Assembly (NCBI GenBank): GCA_001189075.1
Contig: LFCN01000006.1
Span: forward strand, 17,605 to 81,604
Source: Parcubacteria bacterium C7867-004
GTDB taxonomy: Bacteria; Patescibacteriota; Minisyncoccia; Phycocordibacterales; Phycocordibacteraceae
Reading direction: 5' to 3'
Length of the DNA: 64,000 nt
Shown here piece after piece: positions 1-10,140 of the stretch (position 1 is the stretch's first letter; each line of letters begins with the position of its first letter). The notes under the pieces were generated by a model. The model did no database searches, was not told where the DNA came from, and was given only the letters and a program-made list of their open reading frames with translations. Made by a program: the position numbers and the translations under genes.

Positions 1-1234
1 ACTCGTCTCCCTTGCTCACATGATCGAATACGAGGTCCAGCGCTTCATTGAACTTGAGCGACTGCAGTTTCTGCGTGAACTCTTCCTCCACGCGCAGATC
101 ATACGGTGACAAGGTGACCGGCTCCTCAAGATGTTCCTCGGCGAGCTTCATCACGCGCGCGACCAGATTACCCAGTCCGTTCACCAGATTAGCCGTATAC
201 CATTCATCAAGCCGTTCCCACGTAACATCAGAGTCTTCGGTAGGGTGTACATGCCTGAGGAGCAGATAGCGGGTCGCTTCCGTTCCATACTTCTCCACAA
301 GCTCATACGGACTTATGACGTTGCCGGTCGACTTACTCATGCGCTGTCCGCCTGAGTTTATGAAGCCGTGATAGAAGACCTGGTCGGTGTTCTTGATATC
401 GAGCGACATGAGCATCGCTTGCCACATAAGCGACTGGAACCGGACCTGATCCTTCCCAGCTACCTGCAGCGTCGTTCCCTCCTCCCAGAATTTCTTGAAG
501 TTCCCTTCCTGATCGTCAGGCCAACCGAGCGTCGAGATATAGCTCGTAAGCGCATCGAACCAGACGTACATGACATGGCTCGGGTCTCCGGGAACTGGGA
601 TACCCCAGGACAGTTTCTGTACGTCGCGCGATATGCTGAAATCTTCGAGACCTCCGTTTACGAAATTGAGTGCCTCTTCGCGTCGCCAATCCGGGATTAT
701 GACGTCCTTCCTGTTCAGGTATTCAATCAGTCGGTCCTGGTACTTTGAGAACCGGAAGAAGTAGTTCTCTTCGGTACGTTCCTCAAGCGTAAGGGTTGGG
801 TGCAAGATGCAGCGGTCGCCCTCGAGCTCGCGCTCGGTCTTATACGCTTCGCAACCGACGCAGTAGAGGCCGGTATAAGACTTCTTATAGATATCGCCAG
901 CGGCGTCGCACCGCTTCCACATCTCCGTAGCAGCAGCATAGTGCGCAGGGTCGCTTGTGCGGATGAAGGCGTCGGTCGAGAGGTTCAGCAGTTCGCGGAG
1001 CTTATGCACTTCCTCAGCGTAGTGATCGACATAGTCCTTCACGCTCTGTCCGGCCTTCTCCGCAGCCTCGAATATCTTCTGGCCATGCTCGTCCGTGCCC
1101 GTCGTAAAGAACACGTCTTCCCCGTTCGCGCGCCAGGAGCGTACGAGCGCATCCGCCTGCAGTATCTCCACCGCGAAACCGATATGCGGATCGGCATTCA
1201 CGTACGGCAGGGTCGTGGTGATATAGCGGGCCAT
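1..1234 (-). CDS. metG: Methionyl-tRNA synthetase (5' part; runs off the window edge)
   Basis: Absent from the ORF track because it is open-ended. Manual translation from ATG at 1234 gives MARYITTTLPYVNADPHIGFAVE...TGTDEHGQK...YCVGCEAY...WGIPVP...YVWFDAL...GKDQVRFQ...RMSKSTGN, i.e. HIGH-like and KMSKS motifs of MetRS. Confidence 0.95.
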   Translation of the reverse strand, partial: MARYITTTLPYVNADPHIGFAVEILQADALVRSWRANGEDVFFTTGTDEHGQKIFEAAEKAGQSVKDYVDHYAEEVHKLRELLNLSTDAFIRTSDPAHYAAATEMWKRCDAAGDIYKKSYTGLYCVGCEAYKTERELEGDRCILHPTLTLEERTEENYFFRFSKYQDRLIEYLNRKDVIIPDWRREEALNFVNGGLEDFSISRDVQKLSWGIPVPGDPSHVMYVWFDALTSYISTLGWPDDQEGNFKKFWEEGTTLQVAGKDQVRFQSLMWQAMLMSLDIKNTDQVFYHGFINSGGQRMSKSTGNVISPYELVEKYGTEATRYLLLRHVHPTEDSDVTWERLDEWYTANLVNGLGNLVARVMKLAEEHLEEPVTLSPYDLRVEEEFTQKLQSLKFNEALDLVFDHVSKGDE

Positions 1235-1249
1235 GTGTAAGGTGCGGAG

Positions 1250-2317
1250 CTACGCGGCACTCGCCCGAGTGCGCTTGCGACGCTCAAAGTCGTTGAGGAA
1301 CTCGCGCGCTGCTGCAGCGAGTGGAATGGAAAGGAGGACACCAAGGAATCCAGCAAGACTGCCACCCACGATGAGCGCGAGGATCACGAGAAGCGGCGGG
1401 ATACCCACCACCTTGTTCACCACGAGCGGATAGATAAGATTCGCTTCGAACTGGTTCACGATGAAGTAGAGTCCGGCTACGATGAGCCCGAGCGTAAGCC
1501 CGCCGCTCGTGAACGCGACGATAACGGCGACGATACCGGCGATGAAGGAGCCAAATATCGGGATCAGATCGAGTACCGCGGTGAGCACGGCGAGCAGGAG
1601 CGCATACGGTACACCGAGTATGAGAAGACCGAGGTATACAATCACGCCTACGATGAGTGAGAGCAGGAGCTGTCCCTGCATCCACTGCCCTATCTTCTTC
1701 TGCGCACGGCCCCAGAGATCGACAACGTATTCTTCGTGCTTTGCAGGGGTCACGAGCCGCAGGAAGTCCTCGACACCCTTCTCCTGTATCGCGAAATAAA
1801 ATGAGAGGACGATGACGAGTATGAGCGCAAAGATGCCGCCGAAGAAGGTCGAGAGCACCCGGACCGCTCCGCCGGACGTGTCAGCGAACGCGGACTGGAA
1901 CGCGAAGAGCGTGTCGAATATCGATTGCGCCTGATCCTGTCCGGCGGCAATGCGTGCCGTGTCAGCGAATCCCATGAGGGGTCCTGGGATATTCAACGTA
2001 TCAAGATACTCCGGCGCCGTTGAGAGGAAATTCTGCGCATCGTTCAGTATCGGTGGTATGAAGAAGTACACGATAGCGAACAAGGAACCAAAGACTGTGA
2101 GATACATGAGTGCCACCGAAAGGACACGCGGAAGGCGCCGTTTCGTGAAGAATTGCACACCCGGCTCAATCGCCGAAGCGATGACGACAGCGGTGAGGAC
2201 AAGCAGAGCGAGATCGCGGAGCGTCCAGAACGCGAACGCAGCTGCGCAGATCAGCAGGATCATGACGACCGTGCCCGGGGTGATTGTGATTGAGACGTTC
2301 TTGTTCATATGGGTCAT
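1250..2317 (-). CDS. AI-2E family (PerM/TqsA-like) membrane transporter
   Basis: 355 aa multi-TM protein with LIPIFGSFI, QFEANLIYPLVV and GGSLAGFLGVLLSIPLAA motifs. True start may be 2308. Confidence 0.88.
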   Translation of the reverse strand: MTHMNKNVSITITPGTVVMILLICAAAFAFWTLRDLALLVLTAVVIASAIEPGVQFFTKRRLPRVLSVALMYLTVFGSLFAIVYFFIPPILNDAQNFLSTAPEYLDTLNIPGPLMGFADTARIAAGQDQAQSIFDTLFAFQSAFADTSGGAVRVLSTFFGGIFALILVIVLSFYFAIQEKGVEDFLRLVTPAKHEEYVVDLWGRAQKKIGQWMQGQLLLSLIVGVIVYLGLLILGVPYALLLAVLTAVLDLIPIFGSFIAGIVAVIVAFTSGGLTLGLIVAGLYFIVNQFEANLIYPLVVNKVVGIPPLLVILALIVGGSLAGFLGVLLSIPLAAAAREFLNDFERRKRTRASAA

Positions 2318-2358
2318 GCTATCACAGAGGCACGCCCTCCTGAATCCGAGAGTATTCG

Positions 2359-3753
2359 TTAGGAAATGGTGCTTCGAAGTCGTTCCGCGGCTTCCGCTAT
2401 CGTCACCCGTTCCTGCTCGCCGGTATCGCGATGTCGAAGCGTAACCGTATCGAGAAGCTCAGGATTCTCGCCAAGGGTGTCGAAGTCGATCGTGATGCAG
2501 AACGGGGTGCCGATCTCATCCTGACGGCGGTACCGCTTGCCGATGTTGCCATTGTCATCGAACGCGGCACGTACCCCTGCCTTCTTGAAGAGCGCATATA
2601 CGTCGCGCGCCTTGTCCACGAGCTCCGGCTTGTTCTTAAGGAGCGGAAATACGGCTGCTTGATACGGAGCCAGGTGCGGCGCAAGCGCGAGATAGATGCG
2701 CTTCTCTCCCCCGAGCTCATCCTCTCGGTACGCGTCCGCGAACACTGCCAAGAACATGCGTCCCATGCCGACTGAGGTCTCAAGGATCCACGGCACATAC
2801 TTCTCACCGGTCTCCTGATCCAGGTAGCGCAGGTCTACACCCGAGAACTCCATGTGCTGGGTCAGGTCGTAGTCAGAACGGTCATGGATACCTTCGAGCT
2901 CGTCGAATCCGAGCGACGGGAAATTGTATTCGATATCCCACGCGTCCTTCGCATAGAACACGAGATTCTCGTGCTGATGCCACCGGAGGTTCTCTTCCCG
3001 TATACCCTGGGCAAGGTACCAGTTCCACCGGTCCTGCTTTATCTGCTCGTAGGCCTGCTTGTTCTCATTCGGACGGATGAAGTACTGGGTATCCGCCTGC
3101 TCAAGCTCACGGGTACGGAACAGGAAGTTCCTTGGTGCTATCTCGTTGCGGAATGCTTTCCCTATCTGGACGACGCCGAACGGGATCTTGGGGTTCATGG
3201 TGTCGACAATATTGCGGTAGTCGAGATAGATGCCCTGACAGGCTTCACCCGGAAGATACACCGGTTCGCTTCCGTCTGAGGTGAAGTCACCGAGGTTCGA
3301 TTGCACAAGGAGATTGAATGCTCGCGCTTCAGAGAAATTCTTCTTGTGACACTTCGGGCAGGCGATCTCGGCACGATGTGCGTCAAAGAGAGTATTTATC
3401 TCCTCGATAGACATCTTCTCGTCCGCCACGACGCCGACGTTCGCGAGCTCCTTATCAACGCGGATGCGCGTATTGCACTCCTTGCACTCGGCAAGCGGAT
3501 CAGAAAAGCCGCCCACGTGGCCGCTGGCTTCCCAGGTGCGGGGGTTTTTGAACATCGCGGCGTCGAGGCCGTAGTAGTTCTCCTTGTCGTAGACATTCGC
3601 CTTCCACCAGGAACGCTTGAGATTATTCAAAAGCTCGACACCGTTAGGACCGAAGTCATAGGTACCAGCGAGCCCGCCATAGATCTCCGAGCCCGGGAAT
3701 ACGAAACCGCGGCGCTTAGCGAGCGAGACGATGGTATCGAGATCAACAGACAT
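2359..3753 (-). CDS. glyQS: Glycine-tRNA ligase, alpha2 (homodimeric) type
   Basis: KRRGFVFPGSEIYGG, QIGKAFRNEIAPRNFLFRTRELEQ and IGKRYRRQDEIGTPFCITID motifs. Confidence 0.96.
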   Translation of the reverse strand: MSVDLDTIVSLAKRRGFVFPGSEIYGGLAGTYDFGPNGVELLNNLKRSWWKANVYDKENYYGLDAAMFKNPRTWEASGHVGGFSDPLAECKECNTRIRVDKELANVGVVADEKMSIEEINTLFDAHRAEIACPKCHKKNFSEARAFNLLVQSNLGDFTSDGSEPVYLPGEACQGIYLDYRNIVDTMNPKIPFGVVQIGKAFRNEIAPRNFLFRTRELEQADTQYFIRPNENKQAYEQIKQDRWNWYLAQGIREENLRWHQHENLVFYAKDAWDIEYNFPSLGFDELEGIHDRSDYDLTQHMEFSGVDLRYLDQETGEKYVPWILETSVGMGRMFLAVFADAYREDELGGEKRIYLALAPHLAPYQAAVFPLLKNKPELVDKARDVYALFKKAGVRAAFDDNGNIGKRYRRQDEIGTPFCITIDFDTLGENPELLDTVTLRHRDTGEQERVTIAEAAERLRSTIS

Positions 3754-3763
3754 AAATAGAGGA

Positions 3764-5671
3764 TTATTTCACTTCGCCGAACCCGGGCTGGTACGCCGGA
3801 TCGGTCACAGTGAGTGCAGTCACTTCAGAGGCAGTGGTGGTGAGCGTCTTCTTGGTGAAGCGATCGACACCCGTTACTTCCTGTATGAAGAGCAGTACAG
3901 GACTTGTACCGCGCTGGGACACGCTTGGCAACAATGCGACCTGGAAGGCTCCGAGTTTAGCCACGTTCGCATACCCTGCCCCGACCATGACGTCGCCTGC
4001 GTTCCAGGTAACGATGCGTGAGACCGGATCATAGGTCAACGAGCCGTCGGAAGGGTTCACCGCTCCCGTGAAGCGCACGTATGACGGAAGTTTCGCCGTC
4101 ACGCGCACGTCCCCGACGGAGTTGAGGGTGTTCGAGAGGGCGAACTGGATCGTGTACGTGGACTCCTGGTCCGCGACCGGCGGCCAGGGTCCCGTATTGG
4201 TGAACCCGCCGATGGTGCGGAGCGAGCGGGTCTTGAGCGAGAGATCGGTGCCGATCTTGATTGTTCGCACGAGCGTCGACTGGATGCTCTGCTGCGTGTT
4301 CCCTTCCGCGTTCCTGCCGGCGACTGATATGGTCGCCGTAATGTTCGGCTGACTTACGCCCGCGAGCGCGCCGGCGCTCTTGGTAGCGAAAGTGAACGAA
4401 CCGTTCCCGGTGCCTCCTGGCGCAAGCCGAGTGAGCCCGTCATCCGTCTCTCGGTTGAACACGACGGTAGTATCGGAAGAACGATAGAACCCGTTCATCG
4501 CGACCACGGACGACGCATCGAGTGCATTGCCGGAGAGCTTGATGGATACCTGACCATCGAGTATCTGGCTCGGCAGCGTGTTCACCCATGAGACCAACGC
4601 CTGCACCGGAGATCCGGCCGGAATAACCGGCGTCTCCCCTGAATCGCGATTGATCGAGAGCGTGCTTGATAGGAAGGGCTTTGCGAGCGCTATGGTGCTG
4701 TCGGTCTTCGCGTACTGCACCGCGAGCTCAGGAGCATCCGCGTTCGCCTGGGTCCCCGCTATGAAATGGAAGACGCGCTGTTCCGCGTTCTCAGCGGCGA
4801 GCGTGCCTGTAAGTGTAACGGTCTTCTCTTCTCCGGGAAGGAGCGTGCCGACAGGAACGATCGGTTTCTGTCCGGTCTTAAGCGTGAAGCCGAACGGGAG
4901 CGGTTCGAGCTTCACCGCAACCAGATCAAGAGGGGTCTTCGCGTTCGACTTCACCCGTATCGCAAACGTAAGGGGCTGTCCTGCCTGTGGATCGCTCGCT
5001 GCTTCCGCACGAACCGTGAGCGGCGACGAGATGATGGTTACCTCATAAGTCGTCTCCTTAACGAATACGGCGTCCGATCCCTCGACCCGGTACTCGAGCT
5101 TGATCGGTATGGATATGCGTTCATTCTCCGCACCGGCGAGGATCACGTCAATCGTCTTCTGTGCCATGGCACTCGCTTCGATACCCCCGACCGTATCGCT
5201 CAGGTGCTGCATCGGCTTGGTCTCATCATCGCCGTCGCGCGCGGTCTCCGGAAAATCAACCGAAAGCACGGTTGAGTGGATCAAGACGGGATTCTTGTTC
5301 TCTACCGAGATGAGGAGCGAGATACGTTCCCCACTCGCGATAGCGCTCGGCGCATCCGCAGTTATGAACACCCGGTCGGTCGAGACCGAGCGGCTGCCGA
5401 ATATGAGGAATGCGGCGGCGGCGATAGCGGCGAGCACGAAGAAACCTGCAGCAACGATGAGGAATATAACGGACTTCGAGAGCGGCTTCTTAGGAGGAGG
5501 CGGGAGTGGCGGTGGCGGAGGAACCCAGCCCACGGGCTTGGCTTCCGGCGCCGTGATGGTCGTAAGTACCGGAACCGGGAACGGATCTACCGGCTTCTGT
5601 GCATACAGTTTCTGCTCGAGTTTCTCGAGCGGGTCGGCATTCCCTTCGGGTGCGGGCGTCTGAGGAGGCAT
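3764..5671 (-). CDS. Membrane-anchored extracellular protein with Ig-like/DUF11-like beta domains
   Basis: Pro-rich N-terminus, one TM helix, then a long beta-rich region with NTGPWPP...STYTI motif. Confidence 0.6.
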   Translation of the reverse strand: MPPQTPAPEGNADPLEKLEQKLYAQKPVDPFPVPVLTTITAPEAKPVGWVPPPPPLPPPPKKPLSKSVIFLIVAAGFFVLAAIAAAAFLIFGSRSVSTDRVFITADAPSAIASGERISLLISVENKNPVLIHSTVLSVDFPETARDGDDETKPMQHLSDTVGGIEASAMAQKTIDVILAGAENERISIPIKLEYRVEGSDAVFVKETTYEVTIISSPLTVRAEAASDPQAGQPLTFAIRVKSNAKTPLDLVAVKLEPLPFGFTLKTGQKPIVPVGTLLPGEEKTVTLTGTLAAENAEQRVFHFIAGTQANADAPELAVQYAKTDSTIALAKPFLSSTLSINRDSGETPVIPAGSPVQALVSWVNTLPSQILDGQVSIKLSGNALDASSVVAMNGFYRSSDTTVVFNRETDDGLTRLAPGGTGNGSFTFATKSAGALAGVSQPNITATISVAGRNAEGNTQQSIQSTLVRTIKIGTDLSLKTRSLRTIGGFTNTGPWPPVADQESTYTIQFALSNTLNSVGDVRVTAKLPSYVRFTGAVNPSDGSLTYDPVSRIVTWNAGDVMVGAGYANVAKLGAFQVALLPSVSQRGTSPVLLFIQEVTGVDRFTKKTLTTTASEVTALTVTDPAYQPGFGEVK

Positions 5672-5692
5672 CGTGCTCCAGTATAGCCTACC

Positions 5693-6244
5693 TTAAAGGC
5701 CTGAAGCGGTAATACCCCGATTGATACGCATCACGATATCCCTGCGAGTGATCGGCGAAAGAGGTTCATTGATCTCAATCGACGGCAGCGGTCCGGCATC
5801 GAGACCGAGCGAGCGGAGTATCGTAAGCGCCGCGAGGCACTCGAGCGCGTCTTGCGCGTCTTCGGTCGCCTCGGGAAGAGCACGAAGGAAATCGAGATAG
5901 GTATCGTACAGAACCGAGTCACCCGCTTCCTCATGAACGAGCCTAAGCAGCAGGCTCGCCACGCGCCCGGCACGGAGCCGGCCTTGCTGGTCGAGGTTCC
6001 TGAAATGATCTTCGGTCAGGAGCGCTCCGGACAAGCGCCACCCTTCCTTCCCTCGCACGAGCGTTACTTCAGTCTCCGAAAGCGTCTGGAGCGCACTCGC
6101 GAGCTTCGCTCCTGGCTTCCGCAAGCCTTCGGCACGGGCACGGATAAGTCCCAGGTCGTCCGTAAGGAGCGTGATAAGAGAAGCCGATTCCTTGAGCGAG
6201 GTTCGTTTCAGCACTAGTGCGCGGGTGACGTATTTATGCCGCAT
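5693..6244 (-). CDS. recO: DNA repair protein RecO (short form)
   Basis: [14 protein letters not shown]...[31 protein letters not shown] fits the RecO N-terminal OB fold. Start moved to ATG 6244, overlapping the ileS stop. Confidence 0.85.
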   Translation of the reverse strand: MRHKYVTRALVLKRTSLKESASLITLLTDDLGLIRARAEGLRKPGAKLASALQTLSETEVTLVRGKEGWRLSGALLTEDHFRNLDQQGRLRAGRVASLLLRLVHEEAGDSVLYDTYLDFLRALPEATEDAQDALECLAALTILRSLGLDAGPLPSIEINEPLSPITRRDIVMRINRGITASGL

Positions 6245-9200
6245 TGCGCGAAATCCTAAACCTGACCGGTCCCGTTGAGAGCTCGGCAACATGCGCGCCA
6301 TCCTCTGTCCGCTCTATAGTCACCGTATCCTTTGGCGAGAACCCTTCCGTTTTCCTCGCTTCTGCTACCGCGCGCGCGAATGTGCGTTCATCCCCCTCCT
6401 TGATGAGGTCTTCCGTGAGCTCAAAATCGAAATCAATCTTCTCCGCTTCCATCGTTACCGTATTCACATTCACCTCTTCAGCGAGGAGTTTCGCGAGATC
6501 CTTGGAAAGCGTTCCGGGAATGAAAAGTGTCGCCAGTGGCTGACGCACTTTCACATCCGCTTGCTGGCGAAGGCGAAGCGCTTCGGACGCCAGCGTTCGC
6601 ACGCGCTTCATCTCTTCAATGAGTTTCGCGTCGCGTGCATCACTTCCTGAGAGCGCGTGAAGAAGTCCGGAACGGGTGGTTGGCCAGTCTGCCAGGTGCA
6701 CGCTCTCCACGTCCGTACTCATGCGAACTTGGCTAAACACCTCTTCGGCGATGAACGGAGCGAATGGCGCCATAAGGAGCGCGCATGTACGAAGCGTCTC
6801 TTGGAGGGTCTCAAGCGCTGCCGGGTCCCCGTCACGCGCACGGTCGCGGATACTACGCACGTACCACTGCGATACGTCCTCTATGAGGTGAGCGATGGAA
6901 CGAGTAGCATCATAGAGCTTGTATGCATCCATTGCACGAGTTACTTCCGTAACCGTCTCCTTGACGCGTGCGTTCATCCATCGGTCGATTACGGTCTCGC
7001 TGCCGCTTCCCTTCGCGTCCTTGAACAGGGCGTAGAATTTCGCACTGTTATCGAGCCAGCCGATGACGCGAGCTGCTTCCTTTACGGTCTTCTCATCAAA
7101 GTTCTTTGAGTCTCCCGGCTGGTTCACGTAGTACATCCAAAACCGTAAGGTATCGACGCCGAACTTCTCGATCGCCTCCCATGGATTAACCACATTCCCT
7201 TTCGACTTGGACATCTTCGCGCCCTTCTCATCAAGCAAGTGACCGAGGCATATCACGTTCTTATAGGGTGCACCGCGGCCCATAAGCGTTCCTACGGCGA
7301 GAAGCGTGTAGAACCAGCCGCGTGTCTGATCGATCGCCTCGCTGATGAAATCAGCTGGGTATCCTTTTCCATCGATCCACTGCTTGTTCTCGAATGGGTA
7401 GTGATCCTGGGCGAACGGCATGGCTCCCGAGTCGAACCACACATCCATAACTTCAGGAACACGGCGAAGCTCGCTTCCCTCTTCTCCTATGAGAACGACG
7501 TCATCGATATACGGACGGTGCAGATCGAGCTCGTACGCTTCGTTATGCGGAAGCGGCACGAACGGAAGCTCCTTGAACTCGCCGCGCTTGGCGTGCATCG
7601 AGGTTATCGCAGTCCACGCGTCTTTCTTATTCAATCCGGCAGCTACCGTCTCGAGGGACTCGAACGCGATTCCGTGCGAGACGATGAGGATGGTCTCGTC
7701 TTTGTGCGTTCGCTCGAGTTCATAGAGGAAATCACCGAACCGCTCGCGAGCATCCTGATAGCTCTCTCCTCCGGGGATTCGATCGTCGCAAGACGACATC
7801 TTCTCTTTTCGATACGTAAAGAATTCTGAGTACGCAGTACCGTCCTGGTCTCCGAACCCGAACTCACGGAGGCGGTCGTCGGTAACAATCGCGCCTTTGG
7901 GAATGCCTGCGTTTTCAGCGATAATCGCCGCCGTCTGCTGCGCGCGCGCGAATGGCGAGGCGTAGATCTTGGTGATCTTCTCGTTCGCGAGCTTCTTCCC
8001 CGCTTCGGTAACCTGTGTCCTACCCGTTTCCGTTAGCGAGTACTTGTCCCGGTCGACACTATTCAGTATGTTCGCCACGTTATGCTCGGCCTCTCCGTGC
8101 CGCATGATGAAATACCGGTTCCCGCTTTTCTTCGTCATCTGTTTCAGTTCTTCAACCGAGCCGATGGTTACGCGCTCTGTGCCATCTACGTTCTGCCACA
8201 CCGGAAGCGGGGTGCCCCAGTACCGTTCACGAGATATAGCCCAATCACGAACGCCGTTCAGCCATTCGCCCATGCGACCTTCGCGTATGTGCGACGGCTC
8301 CCAATTAACTGCGGCATTGTTCGCGATGAGCTTCTCCTTCAGGTCCTGCATGCGGATGTACCAGGAATCGCGCGCGTAATAGATGAGCGGCGTCTTACAG
8401 CGCCAGCAGAATGGGTACGTGTGCGCATGATTCTCCTGAGAGAAGAACAATTCGCGGCGCTTGAGGTCATCAATGATCTCCACGGCGAGCGTCGGCTTGC
8501 TGTTCGCGTCAGCCTCCTTCACGTAGCGGCCGGCGAGGAATCCGGTACCCGGAACGAATGTCCCGTCCGGCTGCACCAAGTGCACTTTAGGAAGTCCCTC
8601 CTTTTGACCGAGCTCGAAGTCGTCCTGACCGTACATGACCGCCGTATGCACGATGCCGGTACCGTCTTCGGTGGTAACGAACGGAGCGGTGTACACGCGG
8701 AACGCCTTGTCTGCGAACTTCGGCTTCTCCGTTTCAGATGCGGTGTCGCGTGCGAACGGATAGAGCGGCGCATACGACTTGCCCACGAGATCCGCACCAA
8801 CTACGTTCTTGATTACTTCGTGCGTCTTTTCTGTAAATATCTTTTGAACTAATGCTGAAGCGAGGATGTAGGTCCCGCCTTCGGCCTTAACGTATGAATA
8901 TTCGATATCCTTCCCTACCGCGAGCGCGACGTTACCCGGCAGCGTCCACGGCGTCGTGGTCCACGCAAGGAAGTAGGTGCCCGGCTCATCCACTAGCTCG
9001 AACTTCACCGTCACCGACAAATCTTTTACATCCGCGTAGCCCTGCGCGAGCTCATGAGATGAGAGCGCGGTTCCGCAGCGAGTGCACCACGGCACTACCT
9101 TATAGTCCTTGAAGAGGCGTCCGTCATCGGAGACTTTCTTCATGACGTTCCAAACCGATTCCATGAATGACGGGTCGAACGTAAAGTACGCCTTATCCTG

Positions 9201-9623
9201 ATCGACCCAGTACGCGATGCGGTCGGTGAAGCGACCCCACTCCTCGATGTAGGTCATCACGCTTTCGCGACACTTCCTATTGAATGCGGCGATGCCGTAC
9301 TTCTCTATGTCCTGCTTGCCGGAGAAGCTGAGCTGCTTCTCCACCTCGAGCTCTACCGGAAGGCCGTGCGTGTCCCAGCCGGCGCGGCGCGCTACCCGGT
9401 ATCCGCGCATGGTCTTATAGCGCGGGATCGCATCCTTGAAGGAGCGGGATTCTATGTGATGCACACCCGGGCGGCCGTTTGCGGTAGGAGGGCCTTCGTA
9501 GAACACGAAGTCGCCCTTGGGGGGCTTCTTCGCGAGGCTCTTCTCGAAGATGCCATTCGTCTTCCACGACGCGAGAATGCGCTCTTCCCGTTTGACCGCC
9601 TCTGATTTCTCGCTATCAGCCAT
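6234..9623 (-). CDS. ileS: Isoleucyl-tRNA synthetase (type 2) with inserted histidine-phosphatase domain
   Basis: [66 protein letters not shown]. An extra ~190 aa RHGE domain lies at ~7560-8125. Confidence 0.96.
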   Translation of the reverse strand: MADSEKSEAVKREERILASWKTNGIFEKSLAKKPPKGDFVFYEGPPTANGRPGVHHIESRSFKDAIPRYKTMRGYRVARRAGWDTHGLPVELEVEKQLSFSGKQDIEKYGIAAFNRKCRESVMTYIEEWGRFTDRIAYWVDQDKAYFTFDPSFMESVWNVMKKVSDDGRLFKDYKVVPWCTRCGTALSSHELAQGYADVKDLSVTVKFELVDEPGTYFLAWTTTPWTLPGNVALAVGKDIEYSYVKAEGGTYILASALVQKIFTEKTHEVIKNVVGADLVGKSYAPLYPFARDTASETEKPKFADKAFRVYTAPFVTTEDGTGIVHTAVMYGQDDFELGQKEGLPKVHLVQPDGTFVPGTGFLAGRYVKEADANSKPTLAVEIIDDLKRRELFFSQENHAHTYPFCWRCKTPLIYYARDSWYIRMQDLKEKLIANNAAVNWEPSHIREGRMGEWLNGVRDWAISRERYWGTPLPVWQNVDGTERVTIGSVEELKQMTKKSGNRYFIMRHGEAEHNVANILNSVDRDKYSLTETGRTQVTEAGKKLANEKITKIYASPFARAQQTAAIIAENAGIPKGAIVTDDRLREFGFGDQDGTAYSEFFTYRKEKMSSCDDRIPGGESYQDARERFGDFLYELERTHKDETILIVSHGIAFESLETVAAGLNKKDAWTAITSMHAKRGEFKELPFVPLPHNEAYELDLHRPYIDDVVLIGEEGSELRRVPEVMDVWFDSGAMPFAQDHYPFENKQWIDGKGYPADFISEAIDQTRGWFYTLLAVGTLMGRGAPYKNVICLGHLLDEKGAKMSKSKGNVVNPWEAIEKFGVDTLRFWMYYVNQPGDSKNFDEKTVKEAARVIGWLDNSAKFYALFKDAKGSGSETVIDRWMNARVKETVTEVTRAMDAYKLYDATRSIAHLIEDVSQWYVRSIRDRARDGDPAALETLQETLRTCALLMAPFAPFIAEEVFSQVRMSTDVESVHLADWPTTRSGLLHALSGSDARDAKLIEEMKRVRTLASEALRLRQQADVKVRQPLATLFIPGTLSKDLAKLLAEEVNVNTVTMEAEKIDFDFELTEDLIKEGDERTFARAVAEARKTEGFSPKDTVTIERTEDGAHVAELSTGPVRFRISRNAA

Positions 9624-9711
9624 ATCCTACCTATCCTAGCGTTTACCGTATGAAAAGGAAAACGGCCGCGCATAAAGCGAAGCCGCAGCAATAGATCAGT
9701 ACCCGGTCGGT

Positions 9712-10053
9712 CTAGGTCGTGACCGCGACAGGAAGCGGTTTGCCAGCCTTGGCCAGATCCATCAGGTAGGCGACGATCCTGCGGAGGAAATCCGGGACAG
9801 TCGGGTTCCTCGTGAAGCTGAACTCGGTCTGGGTCTGGCGAATGGCCTTCCTGAGGCGCCGCTCCTTGATCCGTTCGTTCCTCCGAACCCTGCCGGCCTC
9901 CGGATGGAGAAGCCTGGTCGCGGCCTCGATGAAGCGTTTCGGGTCGAACCCCTGTCGCTCGCAGAAGGTTTCCACCTTCGTGCGCCAGGTTTTGTGGTCC
10001 CCCGCGATCGAGAGGTCGGCGGTCAGGCTCGTCGGCTCAATGTTCAAGTGCAA
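9712..10053 (-). CDS. Hypothetical basic protein
   Basis: 113 aa ORF (TTG start) that fills the ileS-argS gap on the same strand; no recognisable motif. Confidence 0.5.
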   Translation of the reverse strand: MHLNIEPTSLTADLSIAGDHKTWRTKVETFCERQGFDPKRFIEAATRLLHPEAGRVRRNERIKERRLRKAIRQTQTEFSFTRNPTVPDFLRRIVAYLMDLAKAGKPLPVAVTT

Positions 10054-10140
10054 CGTAAACCCCCTAACGAATGATGACGCACCCTGTGCGCGCCACGAAA
10101 TCGACGATACTCCTATTCTTTCGTCGGAGCAAGGAGATAT

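Noticed and set aside
48-1240. Plus-strand ORFs of 64-146 aa at the window start
   Set aside because: Antisense shadows of metG, which the ORF track missed because it runs off the edge.
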